A stretch of 64,000 nt of DNA from assembly GCA_965215855.1 (NCBI GenBank), contig CBDCER010000003.1, positions 3,467,201 through 3,531,200 of the forward strand, in the 5' to 3' direction. This DNA is from Aggregatilineales bacterium (lineage in GTDB: Bacteria > Chloroflexota > Anaerolineae > Aggregatilineales > J027). Positions 30,001 to 39,795 of the stretch are shown piece after piece; position 1 is the stretch's first letter, and every line of letters starts with the position of its first letter. The notes under the pieces were generated by a model. The model was given only the letters and a program-made list of their open reading frames with translations. It ran no database searches and had not been told where the DNA came from. A program made the translations under genes and the position numbers.

Positions 30001-31903
30001 TGATGTTGGGCGCGACTCCACGCTGGGCAGCTTGCTCGAAGTCATTATCCGGCTCTTCCCAGAAAGCTATACACTCAACATTATGACGTTGTCGGGCTTG
30101 ACAGTCGCGATTGGACGTGTGGTTGATGACTCGATTGTGGTGTTGGAGAACATCTATCGCAATATCCAAAAAGGCGGTGACCAGCGCGAGGCGATCTTGC
30201 AAGGAACCCGCGAAGTCTCGGTGGCGATTTTCGCTGCGACCCTGACGACAATGGTCGTGTTCTTGCCGCTGGGACTGTTTGGTGGTGTGGTTGGTGCGTT
30301 CTTCTTACCCTTTGGCCTGGCAGTGACCTATTCGCTGGCTGGGTCGTATATCGTTGCCATTACGACGGTTCCGGCGCTGGCGCAAATCTTCATCACCAAA
30401 GAAACTATTCCGGCTGAAGGGCAGATCGAGATTACCGATGAGATGGCTGGATTTGAGCGTGGGTTGAATCACACCAAGAATGCGTTTATCAGTGGTGTGG
30501 ATCGCTTGAGCGCGGCATATAGTATCGCTATTCAATGGGTGTTGCGTAATCGCTTGATTACAATTGGCATTGCCCTGGCATCGCTGTTTTTTGGGATGTA
30601 CCTGCTTGGTAATCGGCCTCAACAGTTTCTCCCGAATTTTGGTGATCCGACCATTGCGGTTTCCGTAAATTTGCCTGCTGAGACTGAAGAGGGCCAACCC
30701 ATCACCGTCGCCTATACCGATGTGCGAGTGCGGCAATTAGAAGCGTATTTGCAACAATCTGGTGGCGAAATTGAATCGATCTTGACGTCAGTTGGCGGTG
30801 ATGCACTCTCCGGTGACTTCTTGGGTGGCACAGGCGAACTAGACGAGACCATTGCATCTATCCAGATTGGGATGCCCAGCCAGGAAGCTCTGGATGCTTT
30901 CTTGCCTGAATTACGAACCGAGGCCGAGGCCATTTTCGGCTCAGAGAATGTGCAGGTTTCAGGAGCCAGTACAGGTGGTGGATTTGGCGGCTTTGCGTTG
31001 GAATTGAGCGGACCTGAAGGCACAACTCTGCAAGATCTGGCAACCTATGATGATATTGTGTTGGAAACGCTCGGTGAAATCGACGGTTTAGTGAATATCG
31101 AAAGCACTTTGGCCGGTGCTGGTGATGAGGGTGAAACAACCTACATCCGTGTCGATGGCATACCGGCGATTCGTTATACGGCTGAACTGGAGAGCGAAGA
31201 TGCACTGGGTATCACGGCCATAGCGATTGAGAAGGTCGAAGATGCCGTTGCTAAGTTCCGCGAGGAGCATCAGGATACCCTGGATCTTTCTGCTGAAATC
31301 ACTGTTGGGCAGGGGTTCGAGTCTGAACAGCAGGTCGAAGGCTTCCGGCAGATTGGTGTCTCGATGTTAATTGCTACTTTCATCGTTTACCTATTGCTGG
31401 TATTTACCTTCGGCCATGCCATTCACCCCATTACGATCCTCGTCAGCTTGCCTCTATCGGTGGTAGGAGCCGCTGTCGCCTTGACGATTACGGGGCGTGC
31501 GCTTGGACTTTCGGCCATGATCGGGCTACTGATGTTGATTGGTATTGTGGTGACGAACGCAGTTGTGCTGCTGGATCGTGTGCAACAGAACCGGCGTGAG
31601 CGTGGCATGTCTACCTATGATGCACTGGTCGAGGCGGGGCGCGTGCGTCTGCGCCCGATTCTGATGACGGCTATCAGTACCACATTTGGTGTGTTGCCGC
31701 TGGCGCTTGGTTTTACTGAGGGCGCAATTATCGCGGCGGAATTGGGCACAGTCGTCATTGGTGGTTTGGTCAGCAGCACGTTCCTGACTTTGCTGGTGGT
31801 TCCGGTCGTTTATAGCCTGTTCGACTCGTTAATCCAGACAGTGTTGGGCATCTTTGGGCGTGGCAGCAAGTCTGGCCCGTTGGCGTCACCGGCCACTGAC
31901 TAA
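27026..31903 (+). CDS. RND-superfamily efflux permease (AcrB/HAE-type) with greatly expanded first extracytoplasmic loop
   Basis: The ORF starts at 26993. The ATG at 27026 has GGGAG 8 nt upstream. It has an AcrB-like N-terminus (RFRWITLAATLALIGLGAYSYTKLNQELIPAIEFPQ). TM2-6 fall around aa 950-1150 and TM7-12 around aa 1185-1620 in ORF-track numbering from 26993. It has the conserved AIGRVVDDSIVVLENI and LMLIGIVVTNAVVLLD motifs. Confidence 0.85.
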   Translation: MRRIFDSITRLSLRFRWITLAATLALIGLGAYSYTKLNQELIPAIEFPQTFIFSQNGGASSDNMLHMYGIPIEQAVDGVDGVVNTEATSRKGISFVIVRNEFGLQQSRIVDDIQAEIDAIPLPVRRLEPTSDMSVQDMVRELGPEHLAWLYTYAGDEDIAFEQQLDADVWASFSDEALLGFPEDVFETLESIIREDILARRSGATVASPDEPPVLPSSWSQQDPRFRTVADLAEMASTRNLAAVFNDFIEDGYVVGPLVHADDLSQADVQLFIEIENSCRDFRQRTGTLLPTDGSDPCSYIAYLDAEVILATFGEDGTVADWLPQGYLADLAPRDRNTLAQAALARDITGQEVPRSAEVELPDAWQAEAPQLLTFSLSDFALGAITISSSTLTDEELREYVEDDFVPRLKDLGLIADVRVVGGETIPSYVLNPELERVNLPTIDTNNNTTETDTSETGDDESDNENQTTDESTDAASGSDENECQLEPPVETDLEPVELPAPWALLPSFFGAEGFELTTTAHLVDLSYGACQYASSILNLMTSRPEAIGLITQLPEEAFVYLAAVEPNFLDNLNSAVIDILPEDIVRTLLRDYDARLGSSWEQLSSQDEMMQAGQRLTHVSDLVDYEGKAAQTLVNVVSFLHNGQFRELGDFCGLSREGFCEFAVLLINDLSSFAIEGIIDREPDFLTALASTESGQVVLSYFSQDAMKTTPVATFIDNLDDENLQQVLQAIRDGERLTAAESLQAERSAERIVDDSAPDLPSSWSPVGGFVGTPLERADDLLNVKLLPNYESAADFINFLSADPQGQNRIRELQFEAWDYLGNVQTHEEGFWSQLSTVTLRILASADFVDQLPPTVQERIAAGGEPFEPDEFVTRTNANSSLIITVFKDKDANTVASWDEVEAVLEDVRDDIDVFVPFEQSTFIEESLAGVQREGLTGAIMAIIVILVFMNLSIRSTLVTSVSIPTSVMTAFFLMEFVPSNVYALLSPILDDVGRDSTLGSLLEVIIRLFPESYTLNIMTLSGLTVAIGRVVDDSIVVLENIYRNIQKGGDQREAILQGTREVSVAIFAATLTTMVVFLPLGLFGGVVGAFFLPFGLAVTYSLAGSYIVAITTVPALAQIFITKETIPAEGQIEITDEMAGFERGLNHTKNAFISGVDRLSAAYSIAIQWVLRNRLITIGIALASLFFGMYLLGNRPQQFLPNFGDPTIAVSVNLPAETEEGQPITVAYTDVRVRQLEAYLQQSGGEIESILTSVGGDALSGDFLGGTGELDETIASIQIGMPSQEALDAFLPELRTEAEAIFGSENVQVSGASTGGGFGGFALELSGPEGTTLQDLATYDDIVLETLGEIDGLVNIESTLAGAGDEGETTYIRVDGIPAIRYTAELESEDALGITAIAIEKVEDAVAKFREEHQDTLDLSAEITVGQGFESEQQVEGFRQIGVSMLIATFIVYLLLVFTFGHAIHPITILVSLPLSVVGAAVALTITGRALGLSAMIGLLMLIGIVVTNAVVLLDRVQQNRRERGMSTYDALVEAGRVRLRPILMTAISTTFGVLPLALGFTEGAIIAAELGTVVIGGLVSSTFLTLLVVPVVYSLFDSLIQTVLGIFGRGSKSGPLASPATD

Positions 31904-31995
31904 TGTTGCGGCGAATTGGCCTCCGGTGCGGTTATCGGGGGCCAATTCTGTATTGACACCGCCGCTATGTTTTGTATAATTTCTGTGCAAGGTAA

Positions 31996-32078
31996 GCCCT
32001 GGTGGCGGAATTGGCATACGCGGCAGGTTGAGGGCCTGTGTCCTTTTGGACGTGGAGGTTCGAGTCCTCTCCAGGGCA
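31996..32078 (+). tRNA. tRNA-Leu (anticodon GAG)
   Basis: Hand-folded cloverleaf. Acceptor GCCCTGG/CCAGGGC, D arm GCG...CGC, anticodon stem GCAGG/CCTGT with loop TT-GAG-GG. It has a long variable arm (GTCC-TTTT-GGAC) and T arm GGAGG-TTCGAGT-CCTCT. CCA is not encoded. Confidence 0.9.
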
Positions 32079-32197
32079 ATAATTAACATACAGCAGCGAT
32101 GTTGTGTGTTTTTTGATTGCACTTGCTGTAAATCCCCCCAGCCAGTAAACTCAACCACATAACCTGTTGGAATAAACGAATAATAGAGAGGGTGATA

Positions 32198-33499
32198 ATG
32201 CGCCAACTCGGTCGTCTTCTTGTTTTGATCCTTGTGTTTATTTTAGGTATCTCTTCGGTCAGTCTGGTTTATGCAGATTCACGGTCGATTTCTGCTGATA
32301 GCACCACTTGGCAGGGTGGGGCGACAGCAACAGCTAATAATACGATCAATGTGCGAGCTGGTCCTGGTGAAGGCTTCTGGATTGTCACAACATTGAACGC
32401 GTTTGAAGTTGTGCCCATCATGGGCGTTAGCCCTGATGGAATCTGGTGGTATGTCAGTACAGGCTTTGGCAATGGGTGGGTTGCGGATCGTGTTGTCACG
32501 GTGTCCAATGCGGGTGGCGTTCCTGTGCGTGATCCTGGCCCGATTGTAACCGTCACTATTCTTGAACTGAACGTTCGCAGTGGGCCGGGACAGGCTGCTC
32601 CGCTGTTAGGGCGCGTGTATTATGGAAATCAGCTTTTCCTGCTGGGCCGTAGCACCGACAACAACTGGCTCAATGTACGCTCACCCTATGGGGCCGATAC
32701 CTGGGTCGCGGCTCAATATACCTCGGCAGGGGGCGGCGGTGGTACTGCGGGAACATTACCCGTGACAGAATCACAACCTTACGCCATTGTGAATGCGGCA
32801 TTCCTAAATGTGCGGACTGGTCCTGGTGTAAATTATGCAGTGCTAGGCATTGTTGAGGGTGGCGACGAATTGCTGATTTTGGGGCAGGATACGACGGGTG
32901 CTTGGTACAACGTCAACACGGTCTATGGCGAAGGCTGGGTCTCGAAGCGATATGTCATCCCGCGCAATGAGTATGGGGCTGCACCAGTCACCAGTGCCAG
33001 TGTCGATCAGGGTACAATTGCTGGTCCCTGGGCTATTGTGAATGCTGCCGCATTGAATGTTCGCAGTGGTCCGGCGGCCAGCTATACGATCCTGGGGGTG
33101 GTTTATGGCGGCGATCAGTTCCAGCTTTTGGCCTGGAATACGACATATTCCTGGGTGTTGGTTCGTACACCAGCGTTTGATGGGTGGGTCAACCGGATTT
33201 ATGTCATCATGCGCGGTGATATTTCTGGTTTGCCGACTACAGACGTCACTGCATTACCGGGTGCAGCCGAAATTGGACCAGTTGCCTTCGTTGCCACCGG
33301 TGCGTTGCATGTTCGCAGTGGCCCCAACATTGCTTTTGACTCTATTGGTGTCGTTTATGCAGCCACTCGCATGTCGATCATCGGCCAAAGCCCTGATTTG
33401 GGTTGGTGGCAGGTAAATAGCCCCTTTGGTATCGGCTGGGTGAGCAAAGCACATATCATTGTTGAGGGCGATGCTAGTAATGTGTCTGTGGTGCAATAG
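32198..33499 (+). CDS. secreted protein with six bacterial SH3 (SH3b) repeats
   Basis: It has a signal peptide. There are six repeats of the pattern (I/L)NVR(S/A/T)GPG....(G)......G..W..V....G.GWV. The ORF track starts at GTG 32192; I prefer ATG 32198. Confidence 0.8.
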   Translation: MRQLGRLLVLILVFILGISSVSLVYADSRSISADSTTWQGGATATANNTINVRAGPGEGFWIVTTLNAFEVVPIMGVSPDGIWWYVSTGFGNGWVADRVVTVSNAGGVPVRDPGPIVTVTILELNVRSGPGQAAPLLGRVYYGNQLFLLGRSTDNNWLNVRSPYGADTWVAAQYTSAGGGGGTAGTLPVTESQPYAIVNAAFLNVRTGPGVNYAVLGIVEGGDELLILGQDTTGAWYNVNTVYGEGWVSKRYVIPRNEYGAAPVTSASVDQGTIAGPWAIVNAAALNVRSGPAASYTILGVVYGGDQFQLLAWNTTYSWVLVRTPAFDGWVNRIYVIMRGDISGLPTTDVTALPGAAEIGPVAFVATGALHVRSGPNIAFDSIGVVYAATRMSIIGQSPDLGWWQVNSPFGIGWVSKAHIIVEGDASNVSVVQ

Positions 33500-33517
33500 G
33501 CGGGAAGGATTGCGAGT

Positions 33518-34546
33518 ATGAGTACCGAAATTGATAAACAACTTGAACGGGCCTATGAATTGATCCAGCAGGATCAGTTTGATGATGCACTGGATCTTCT
33601 GAATACGGTTGTGGAGGAAAATCCAGGCGAATCTGATGCATGGTGGTTAATGGCGAATGCGGTTGACAATCCCCGTCAAGCCCGTAAATATCTGGTGAAC
33701 TGCTTGAAACATAATCCCAAGCATGCCCGGGCGCGTGAAACATTGGATGCACTCAATGAGCAATTTCCGCCGCGTGATGATGAGCTGTTGTTGTTGATGG
33801 AACTTCACGACGCTGCTCCGGACGAAGACTTTCACACACCAGATGATGTGCTGGCCGATGCCGATTTGTTCAACCTGTTTGAAGATGAGGATGCCGAGAT
33901 TGATCTGAGCGATCTGGAGGATCTCGATAGTCTGGCCGATTTCGATGAAGACGATGATCTTTTTGGTGAGTTGCTGGATGATGATAAAAAGGATCGTGAG
34001 CGTCAGCGCGAGGGTGGCGGCCTACGTAGGATACTGACATATGGGTTGGTGATCGTGCTGGCGGCACTCCTGGCGACGGTACTCCTCATGCTGACAGGAG
34101 AGGAAGAAGAAGCGGACACCGGTGCGGCTGATCTGACTCCGCTTCAGGCCATGCTACCGGAGACGACTGAACTTGACGAATTGGTGCTGGCGACTCAAGG
34201 CGATGCCCAGGAACAGTTTGGTAGCGCGAGTCAGGCTTTATTGACGCAGGACGAAACCGGACAAACACTGGTTATCAATAGCTGTGTGTGTGTCAGCGCG
34301 GATTGTGAAGGGCCACCTGTCGGCCAATTGTCAGATATTGTGGTCGAAAGTTTTTCTCTTGCTGCAGAGCATATTTCGCAGGGCGAGGCCGCAGACGCAG
34401 TTCCGACAGCAGGTGTCAATGTTCAAGCGTGTGGCAAGAGTGATGTGGTGTACCGTGCTTTTGCGCCTGTTGACAGCATTGCCACATATATGAGCGATCA
34501 TGATCTGGAAGCCTTTCGTGCCAGTTGGGTTGTCATTGAAGGATGA
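33518..34546 (+). CDS. TPR-like / acidic-linker / single-pass membrane protein, hypothetical
   Basis: 342 aa. It has an N-terminal TPR-like helical pair (AWWLMANAVDNPRQARKYLVNCLKHNPKHARARE), a D/E-rich tract, one TM helix (ILTYGLVIVLAALLATVLLML) and a C-terminal extracytoplasmic domain. Confidence 0.55.
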   Translation: MSTEIDKQLERAYELIQQDQFDDALDLLNTVVEENPGESDAWWLMANAVDNPRQARKYLVNCLKHNPKHARARETLDALNEQFPPRDDELLLLMELHDAAPDEDFHTPDDVLADADLFNLFEDEDAEIDLSDLEDLDSLADFDEDDDLFGELLDDDKKDRERQREGGGLRRILTYGLVIVLAALLATVLLMLTGEEEEADTGAADLTPLQAMLPETTELDELVLATQGDAQEQFGSASQALLTQDETGQTLVINSCVCVSADCEGPPVGQLSDIVVESFSLAAEHISQGEAADAVPTAGVNVQACGKSDVVYRAFAPVDSIATYMSDHDLEAFRASWVVIEG

Positions 34547-37077
34547 GTATAATCCGACGGTTAGCGTTATTCGCGCTACTGTTACTGAGTATCGGATTGA
34601 TGTTGATGCCGGAGTCATCCCCGACTCCGGCTTTTGCACGACTGCCCAATTTGCCGCAGTCTCAGGTGCGCCTGATTGATGCGGCGGGCACACGCTCCAG
34701 CGGGGTTTATCTGGGACATGGTCTGATCTTGACAGCGTGGCAAAACGTTGCGGGTGAACGCTACTTGTGGGATGTTGCCGCCGAAAAAGCCCCGGCGCTG
34801 CGCCACCAATTACCATTTTATATTCACGATGACTATGCAGACCCTGCGGAATATGCACTGGGATTGTGGCTGTGTGTGTGGGAGGGAGCGTATCGTGTGT
34901 CAGCGGTAGCCTATAATTCGACGTGCATTGCTTACAATTTGGCGGAAGGGATGAGGGTAACTCATTCTATTTCTGAGCAACAAGTCGGGGTTGAGCAGTT
35001 GCTTATTGCGGACCGTGCCAAGGGTATTGCATTGCTCAAGGTGAATGATGTTGAATTGGCAGATACATTCCCAGAATTGGAATCAGCACCACTGGATGTT
35101 TACCATCTTGCGCCACGCCAGATGTTTTATTCCGGCACACTCGGTTCACAAGGACAACCACTCACAATCCGTCGTCCCCAGCTCATGACTCAACCTTTGC
35201 ATGGCGATTTCGATGGTAGCGCTCAACAGACATGGGTGGTGGCTGTCCAGAATCAATCAGGACCGCGACTGGGAGCCTACACACGAATCGGCCAACCCTA
35301 TTTCTCGCAGAGGGGTGGGGTAATTGGTTTGGTGTGGGCGATGGATGCTGAAACTGAACAGGATTTCCTGACTCCGACGACCCACTGGTATCATCAATTA
35401 TGGCAGATTAATGAGCAGCTTCAGGATGATGCCCTGGCGACCGTGCTGGCGTCTGCATTATTGCCAGAGGCGATTCGGGGAAAAACCAGCATCGGCGATC
35501 CATTCGCACTAGAGTTGGGGAATTCGGGCTATGATATTCAGCATTATGACCTCAATTTACAAATCGACCCCACTATGCCCTATTTGGAGGGGCGTGCCAC
35601 CATTACAGTAAAAGCCACGTATCATCATCTGTCTGTCATGAGTCTCGATTTACGCGGGATGAGTGTTCATGCAGTCAAGGTCGGCGGCCAGCCTACATCA
35701 TTTGATGTCCAGGCGCGAAAGCTGGTTATTTATCTACCAACACCAGTTGGTTTTGGGACTGTCTTTGATGTGGTTATTGATTACAGCGGTGAACCGGCAC
35801 AAACATCAACACCTTATAGTCGGGTATTCAACGTTGGGTTGACGTATATGGATGATCCACCACGCCTTGCTTTTGCTAACCAACCTGACGGCGCAAGTAC
35901 CTGGTATCCTTGCAACGATCATCCCCTGGATCGTGCAACATATACCTTTCATTTAACCGTACCGCCGAGCTATACTGGTGTTGCTAATGGGATACCGGTA
36001 GAAGTCATTGAAAACGGTGATGAAACGCTGATTTTCGGGTGGCGCATGGATCGCCCAATGGCGACTAATCTGGCAGTCGTCGCGGTGGCTGATTACCGTG
36101 TGATTGAGGAGGTGATCGAAAGTGGCATTACGGTGCGTCACTATGCTTATAACGGTACTGAAGCTAAGGTCGCCGAGGTGCTGAGTTCTACCGGTTTGAT
36201 TTTTGAGTATATGGAGACTCTGTTCGGCTCTTATCCATTTGAGGCTTACGGGTATGTTGTAACACCGATGCCGAGTGGGGCGATTGAGACACAGACCATG
36301 GTCATGATGCCGCGTAGTATTGTGCAATCGGACGGCGAGGAAGCGTTGTTTACGCTGGTGGCGCATGAACTGGCGCATCACTGGTATGGCAATCTCGTTA
36401 CGCTTCAATCATGGCGCGACATTTGGCTCAATGAGGGCATGGCAACCTATGCTGAATGGCTGGCATTGGAATTGCGCTATGGCCCGGAACGCCCTTTGCA
36501 GCAACGTTTCATCCAGGAGCGTGGTATTGGCACGAATTATCGTCAGACACCGCTGGCTTATCCTTTGCCACATGAAATGTATGGCAACGACAGCTATACC
36601 AAAGGAGCCTGGGTAATGCACATGCTCCGAATACAGCTTGGCGATGATGTTTTTTTCGAGCTAATGCAAACCTGGGCGACTCTATATACAGAACAGGCGG
36701 TGACGACCAATGATTTCTTTCGTCTGGCCGAGCAAATCAGCAATCGTGATTTGACTCGATTTCGCCGTCAATGGCTGGAAACCAGTGGCATTCCAGAGTA
36801 TATGCTATTGTGGGTGACGACGGAGGATGGCATCCAAATCAAGAGTTGTAATCAGCGTGATGTTGCCTATGAGTTTGTGGTTCCATTGCAGATTGTGGGC
36901 GAGACCGAAGATGATCACATTGACGTTAATTTCCGCGTGTCTGATGACGCCATATTGGCGATTGACCTTGATTTTTCCCCAACTGAACTCATCATTGATC
37001 CCGATCAAGCGGTGCTGGCAACTCTGACGCCGCATTACACCGATGGTATGCCAAGCTGTTTGCTGACACTCCCCTGA
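34543..37077 (+). CDS. M1-family zinc metallopeptidase (aminopeptidase N-like) with ~320-aa N-terminal extension
   Basis: 844 aa. The M1 N-domain begins around GYDIQHYDLNLQIDP. It has a GAIET-type exopeptidase motif (SGAIETQT) and the zinc site HELAHHWYGN...WLNEGMATY (HEXXH-18-E). The start overlaps the upstream stop (ATGA). Confidence 0.85.
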   Translation: MSIIRRLALFALLLLSIGLMLMPESSPTPAFARLPNLPQSQVRLIDAAGTRSSGVYLGHGLILTAWQNVAGERYLWDVAAEKAPALRHQLPFYIHDDYADPAEYALGLWLCVWEGAYRVSAVAYNSTCIAYNLAEGMRVTHSISEQQVGVEQLLIADRAKGIALLKVNDVELADTFPELESAPLDVYHLAPRQMFYSGTLGSQGQPLTIRRPQLMTQPLHGDFDGSAQQTWVVAVQNQSGPRLGAYTRIGQPYFSQRGGVIGLVWAMDAETEQDFLTPTTHWYHQLWQINEQLQDDALATVLASALLPEAIRGKTSIGDPFALELGNSGYDIQHYDLNLQIDPTMPYLEGRATITVKATYHHLSVMSLDLRGMSVHAVKVGGQPTSFDVQARKLVIYLPTPVGFGTVFDVVIDYSGEPAQTSTPYSRVFNVGLTYMDDPPRLAFANQPDGASTWYPCNDHPLDRATYTFHLTVPPSYTGVANGIPVEVIENGDETLIFGWRMDRPMATNLAVVAVADYRVIEEVIESGITVRHYAYNGTEAKVAEVLSSTGLIFEYMETLFGSYPFEAYGYVVTPMPSGAIETQTMVMMPRSIVQSDGEEALFTLVAHELAHHWYGNLVTLQSWRDIWLNEGMATYAEWLALELRYGPERPLQQRFIQERGIGTNYRQTPLAYPLPHEMYGNDSYTKGAWVMHMLRIQLGDDVFFELMQTWATLYTEQAVTTNDFFRLAEQISNRDLTRFRRQWLETSGIPEYMLLWVTTEDGIQIKSCNQRDVAYEFVVPLQIVGETEDDHIDVNFRVSDDAILAIDLDFSPTELIIDPDQAVLATLTPHYTDGMPSCLLTLP

Positions 37078-37228
37078 TCTTCTCTCCTGATGTCATAAAA
37101 GGATCCACAAGCATTATGTCGTCCTGGGGCACGTGTGCTGAGAATCATCAAATCGCAGGATTATTTGTGAAATGGGTATGCTACAATACTTGCGTTCTTA
37201 GTTGAGGAATAGGTTTGGAATAGTACCT

Positions 37229-38479
37229 ATGCAATCCAGTAACAAACGGCTACGCAATATCGTCATTCAGGGCGGGGTACTGGGAGTTTTGCTGGGCTTA
37301 GTATTTATTGCGGGCTTTCTCTTTCATAAATTGATTGATGAGGAACCAGTCCAGGCCCAAAGTAGCAATACAGCACAGCCTGCTCTAGAACAATCTGATC
37401 CGTTTACTGATGCAAATTTTATGGTGTTGGATGAAGTGCATGGACTGGTGCGTGATAATTTCTATCGAGAATTACCAGATGCAACTGCGCTGGAATACGC
37501 TGCGATTCGTGGCTATTTGGGCGCTCTGAGCGATCCCTATAGCTTTTTCAGCGACCCACCTGTGGCCCAGAGTGAAAGCGATGCCCTGGCGGGGCGTTAC
37601 GGCGGCATAGGTGTTGATATTAAACGTAGTGTCGCGGGGCTTGTCGAACTCTATCCCTATCCCGATAGCCCAGCGGTTCAGGCCGGTGTCCTGGAGGGTG
37701 ATATTCTGATTTCCATTAACGGTGAGCTGGTTGCATCGGATGAGCGTGTGGATGTCATCCGCCAGATGTTGCGGGGTGAGGTCACTGAGGAGGGCAATGG
37801 TGTCGAAATCACCGTGCGCCGCCCTGATGCGGACGAAGAACGCGTTTACCAGATAGCTTTTGCTGAGATTCAGGTTCCTTCAATGGTCTGGCGTATGCTG
37901 CCAGGGGAACCGGCGCTAGGGTACGTTCACATCAGCGCCTTCACTGCTCGTACACCCGAAGAACTGGCGCTGGCGATCGCCGACTTGCGTGACCGGGGGA
38001 TGGCCGGATTGGTGCTGGATTTGCGCGATAACGCAGGGGGGCTGCTGCAGGAAAGTGTGGATGTGGCCGCAGAGTTCTTGGACGGCGGCATTGTTGCTAT
38101 TGAGCAAAGTCGTGTAACAGAAACCATCGAAGAAGATACACCCGGCGGCTTTGCAACTGATATGCCGCTGATTGTTGTGGTCAATAGCCGCACCGCCAGT
38201 GCAGCTGAAGTTGTGGCCGGAGCGATTCAGCAAAATGACCGGGCGATTCTGGTGGGGCAACGCACGCGTGGCAAGGGATCAGTCCAGTTCATTTTTGGGC
38301 TATCCGATGGTTCTTCGCTACGAATTACAGCGGCTATCTGGTTGACTCCAGACCGTACACCTTTAGATGGTGTTGGGCTTGTACCTGATATTGAGATGAT
38401 TCCTGACGAGACAGGGCGTGATGTGGAGTTAGATGAAGCCGCCCGCCAGTTGCGCCAGCGCATTGTGGAGAGTAACTAG
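37229..38479 (+). CDS. S41-family C-terminal processing peptidase (PDZ-containing)
   Basis: TM anchor, PDZ (GGIGVDI...SPAVQAGVLEGDILISING), DLRDNAGGLL, TASAAEVVAGAIQ and RGKGSVQ motifs. The ORF track starts at TTG 37202; I prefer ATG 37229. Confidence 0.85.
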   Translation: MQSSNKRLRNIVIQGGVLGVLLGLVFIAGFLFHKLIDEEPVQAQSSNTAQPALEQSDPFTDANFMVLDEVHGLVRDNFYRELPDATALEYAAIRGYLGALSDPYSFFSDPPVAQSESDALAGRYGGIGVDIKRSVAGLVELYPYPDSPAVQAGVLEGDILISINGELVASDERVDVIRQMLRGEVTEEGNGVEITVRRPDADEERVYQIAFAEIQVPSMVWRMLPGEPALGYVHISAFTARTPEELALAIADLRDRGMAGLVLDLRDNAGGLLQESVDVAAEFLDGGIVAIEQSRVTETIEEDTPGGFATDMPLIVVVNSRTASAAEVVAGAIQQNDRAILVGQRTRGKGSVQFIFGLSDGSSLRITAAIWLTPDRTPLDGVGLVPDIEMIPDETGRDVELDEAARQLRQRIVESN

Positions 38480-38481
38480 AG

Positions 38482-39792
38482 ATGGCCCAATTATCGGAAA
38501 CACACACTGAAAAATATAAACATACCACTGAGACACATGAACCGGTTCGCCTGACGACCTTTCAGATGCTGACGATTTTTGTGGCTATCGTTGCCACTGC
38601 GACGGTTTCGTTTCTGGCGGGGGTGGTATACGACCGTCATCAAAGTCTGGCCTATTCTGAGGAGTTTGAAATCTTCTGGGAAGCTTGGCAATACATTGAT
38701 AACGAATTCTATCGTGAGCCACCTTCAGTTACAGATCGGGTCTATGGTGGCATTCGTGGCGTCATTTCGACACTGGGCGATGAGTACACTAGTGTTAGTC
38801 CACCTGTCATGGCCGAACATAGCCGCGAAGTCATTTCCGGTAAATTCGGTGGCATTGGCGCTACTGTCTCAACTGATGAAGCGGGCGACTCATATATCGT
38901 GGAAGTCATCTCCGACCAGTGTATTACAGCGACACCAGCAGAACGTGCTGGTTTGCAGGCTGGTGATGTGTTCAGGGCCGTGGACGGACAAACGGTGCAA
39001 GGGTTGGAGATGAATCTGGTGGTTGATATGGTCAGAGGCGATCCCGACACGGACGTGGTGTTGACCATGTATCGCCCTGCGGAAGACCTTACTTTTGATG
39101 TCACGGTGCGCCGAGCAAATGTTGAGCAAATCACGGTCGTGGATCAGATGTATGGCGATGTGGCCTATTTGCACTTGGGTCTCTTCAATGCTGTTGCTAC
39201 ACAGCAAATGGCTTGCAAGCTAGAGCAAGTGCTGGCCCAAAATCCGCGTGCAATTATCCTGGATTTGCGTGGCAATGGTGGTGGATTGCTGAATGAAGCC
39301 ACCCAAATTGCTGATCTGTTCTTGGATCAAGGACTGATTGTCATTCAGCGAGACCGTGAAGGCAATGAAGAGCGTCTGTTTTCCGAAACCGGCGGGATTG
39401 CCGAACAGATTCCGATGCTAGTGTTGATCGATGGCGGAAGCGCCAGTGCTTCCGAAGTGGTGGCAGGAGCTTTGCAGGATCGTGGGCGAGCGGTACTAGT
39501 CGGCCAGAACAGTTTTGGCAAAGGGTCAGTACAATTTGTCTATATCCTGTCTGACGGTGGGGAGTTGCGTGTGACTGCCGCTGCCTGGTATACCCCTAAC
39601 AATCACGGGATAAATCGGAATGGAGATGTGGGTGGACTCACGCCTGATATTCTTATTGAAGGTGACCAGATTGGTGAAGATGGGAATGATCGGACGCTTG
39701 AGGCCGCACTGGGTTATATTGACCAACATATGCCTGTCGAATTCGAGCAAGCAGCTCAGTTGCCAGCCACCACCAGATTTCTGGGAGGATAG
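38482..39792 (+). CDS. S41-family C-terminal processing peptidase (second paralog)
   Basis: 436 aa. PDZ (GGIGATV...TPAERAGLQAGDVFRAVDG), DLRGNGGGLL, SASASEVVAGALQ and FGKGSVQ motifs. It starts 2 nt after the first paralog. Confidence 0.85.
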   Translation: MAQLSETHTEKYKHTTETHEPVRLTTFQMLTIFVAIVATATVSFLAGVVYDRHQSLAYSEEFEIFWEAWQYIDNEFYREPPSVTDRVYGGIRGVISTLGDEYTSVSPPVMAEHSREVISGKFGGIGATVSTDEAGDSYIVEVISDQCITATPAERAGLQAGDVFRAVDGQTVQGLEMNLVVDMVRGDPDTDVVLTMYRPAEDLTFDVTVRRANVEQITVVDQMYGDVAYLHLGLFNAVATQQMACKLEQVLAQNPRAIILDLRGNGGGLLNEATQIADLFLDQGLIVIQRDREGNEERLFSETGGIAEQIPMLVLIDGGSASASEVVAGALQDRGRAVLVGQNSFGKGSVQFVYILSDGGELRVTAAAWYTPNNHGINRNGDVGGLTPDILIEGDQIGEDGNDRTLEAALGYIDQHMPVEFEQAAQLPATTRFLGG

Positions 39793-39795
39793 CCG

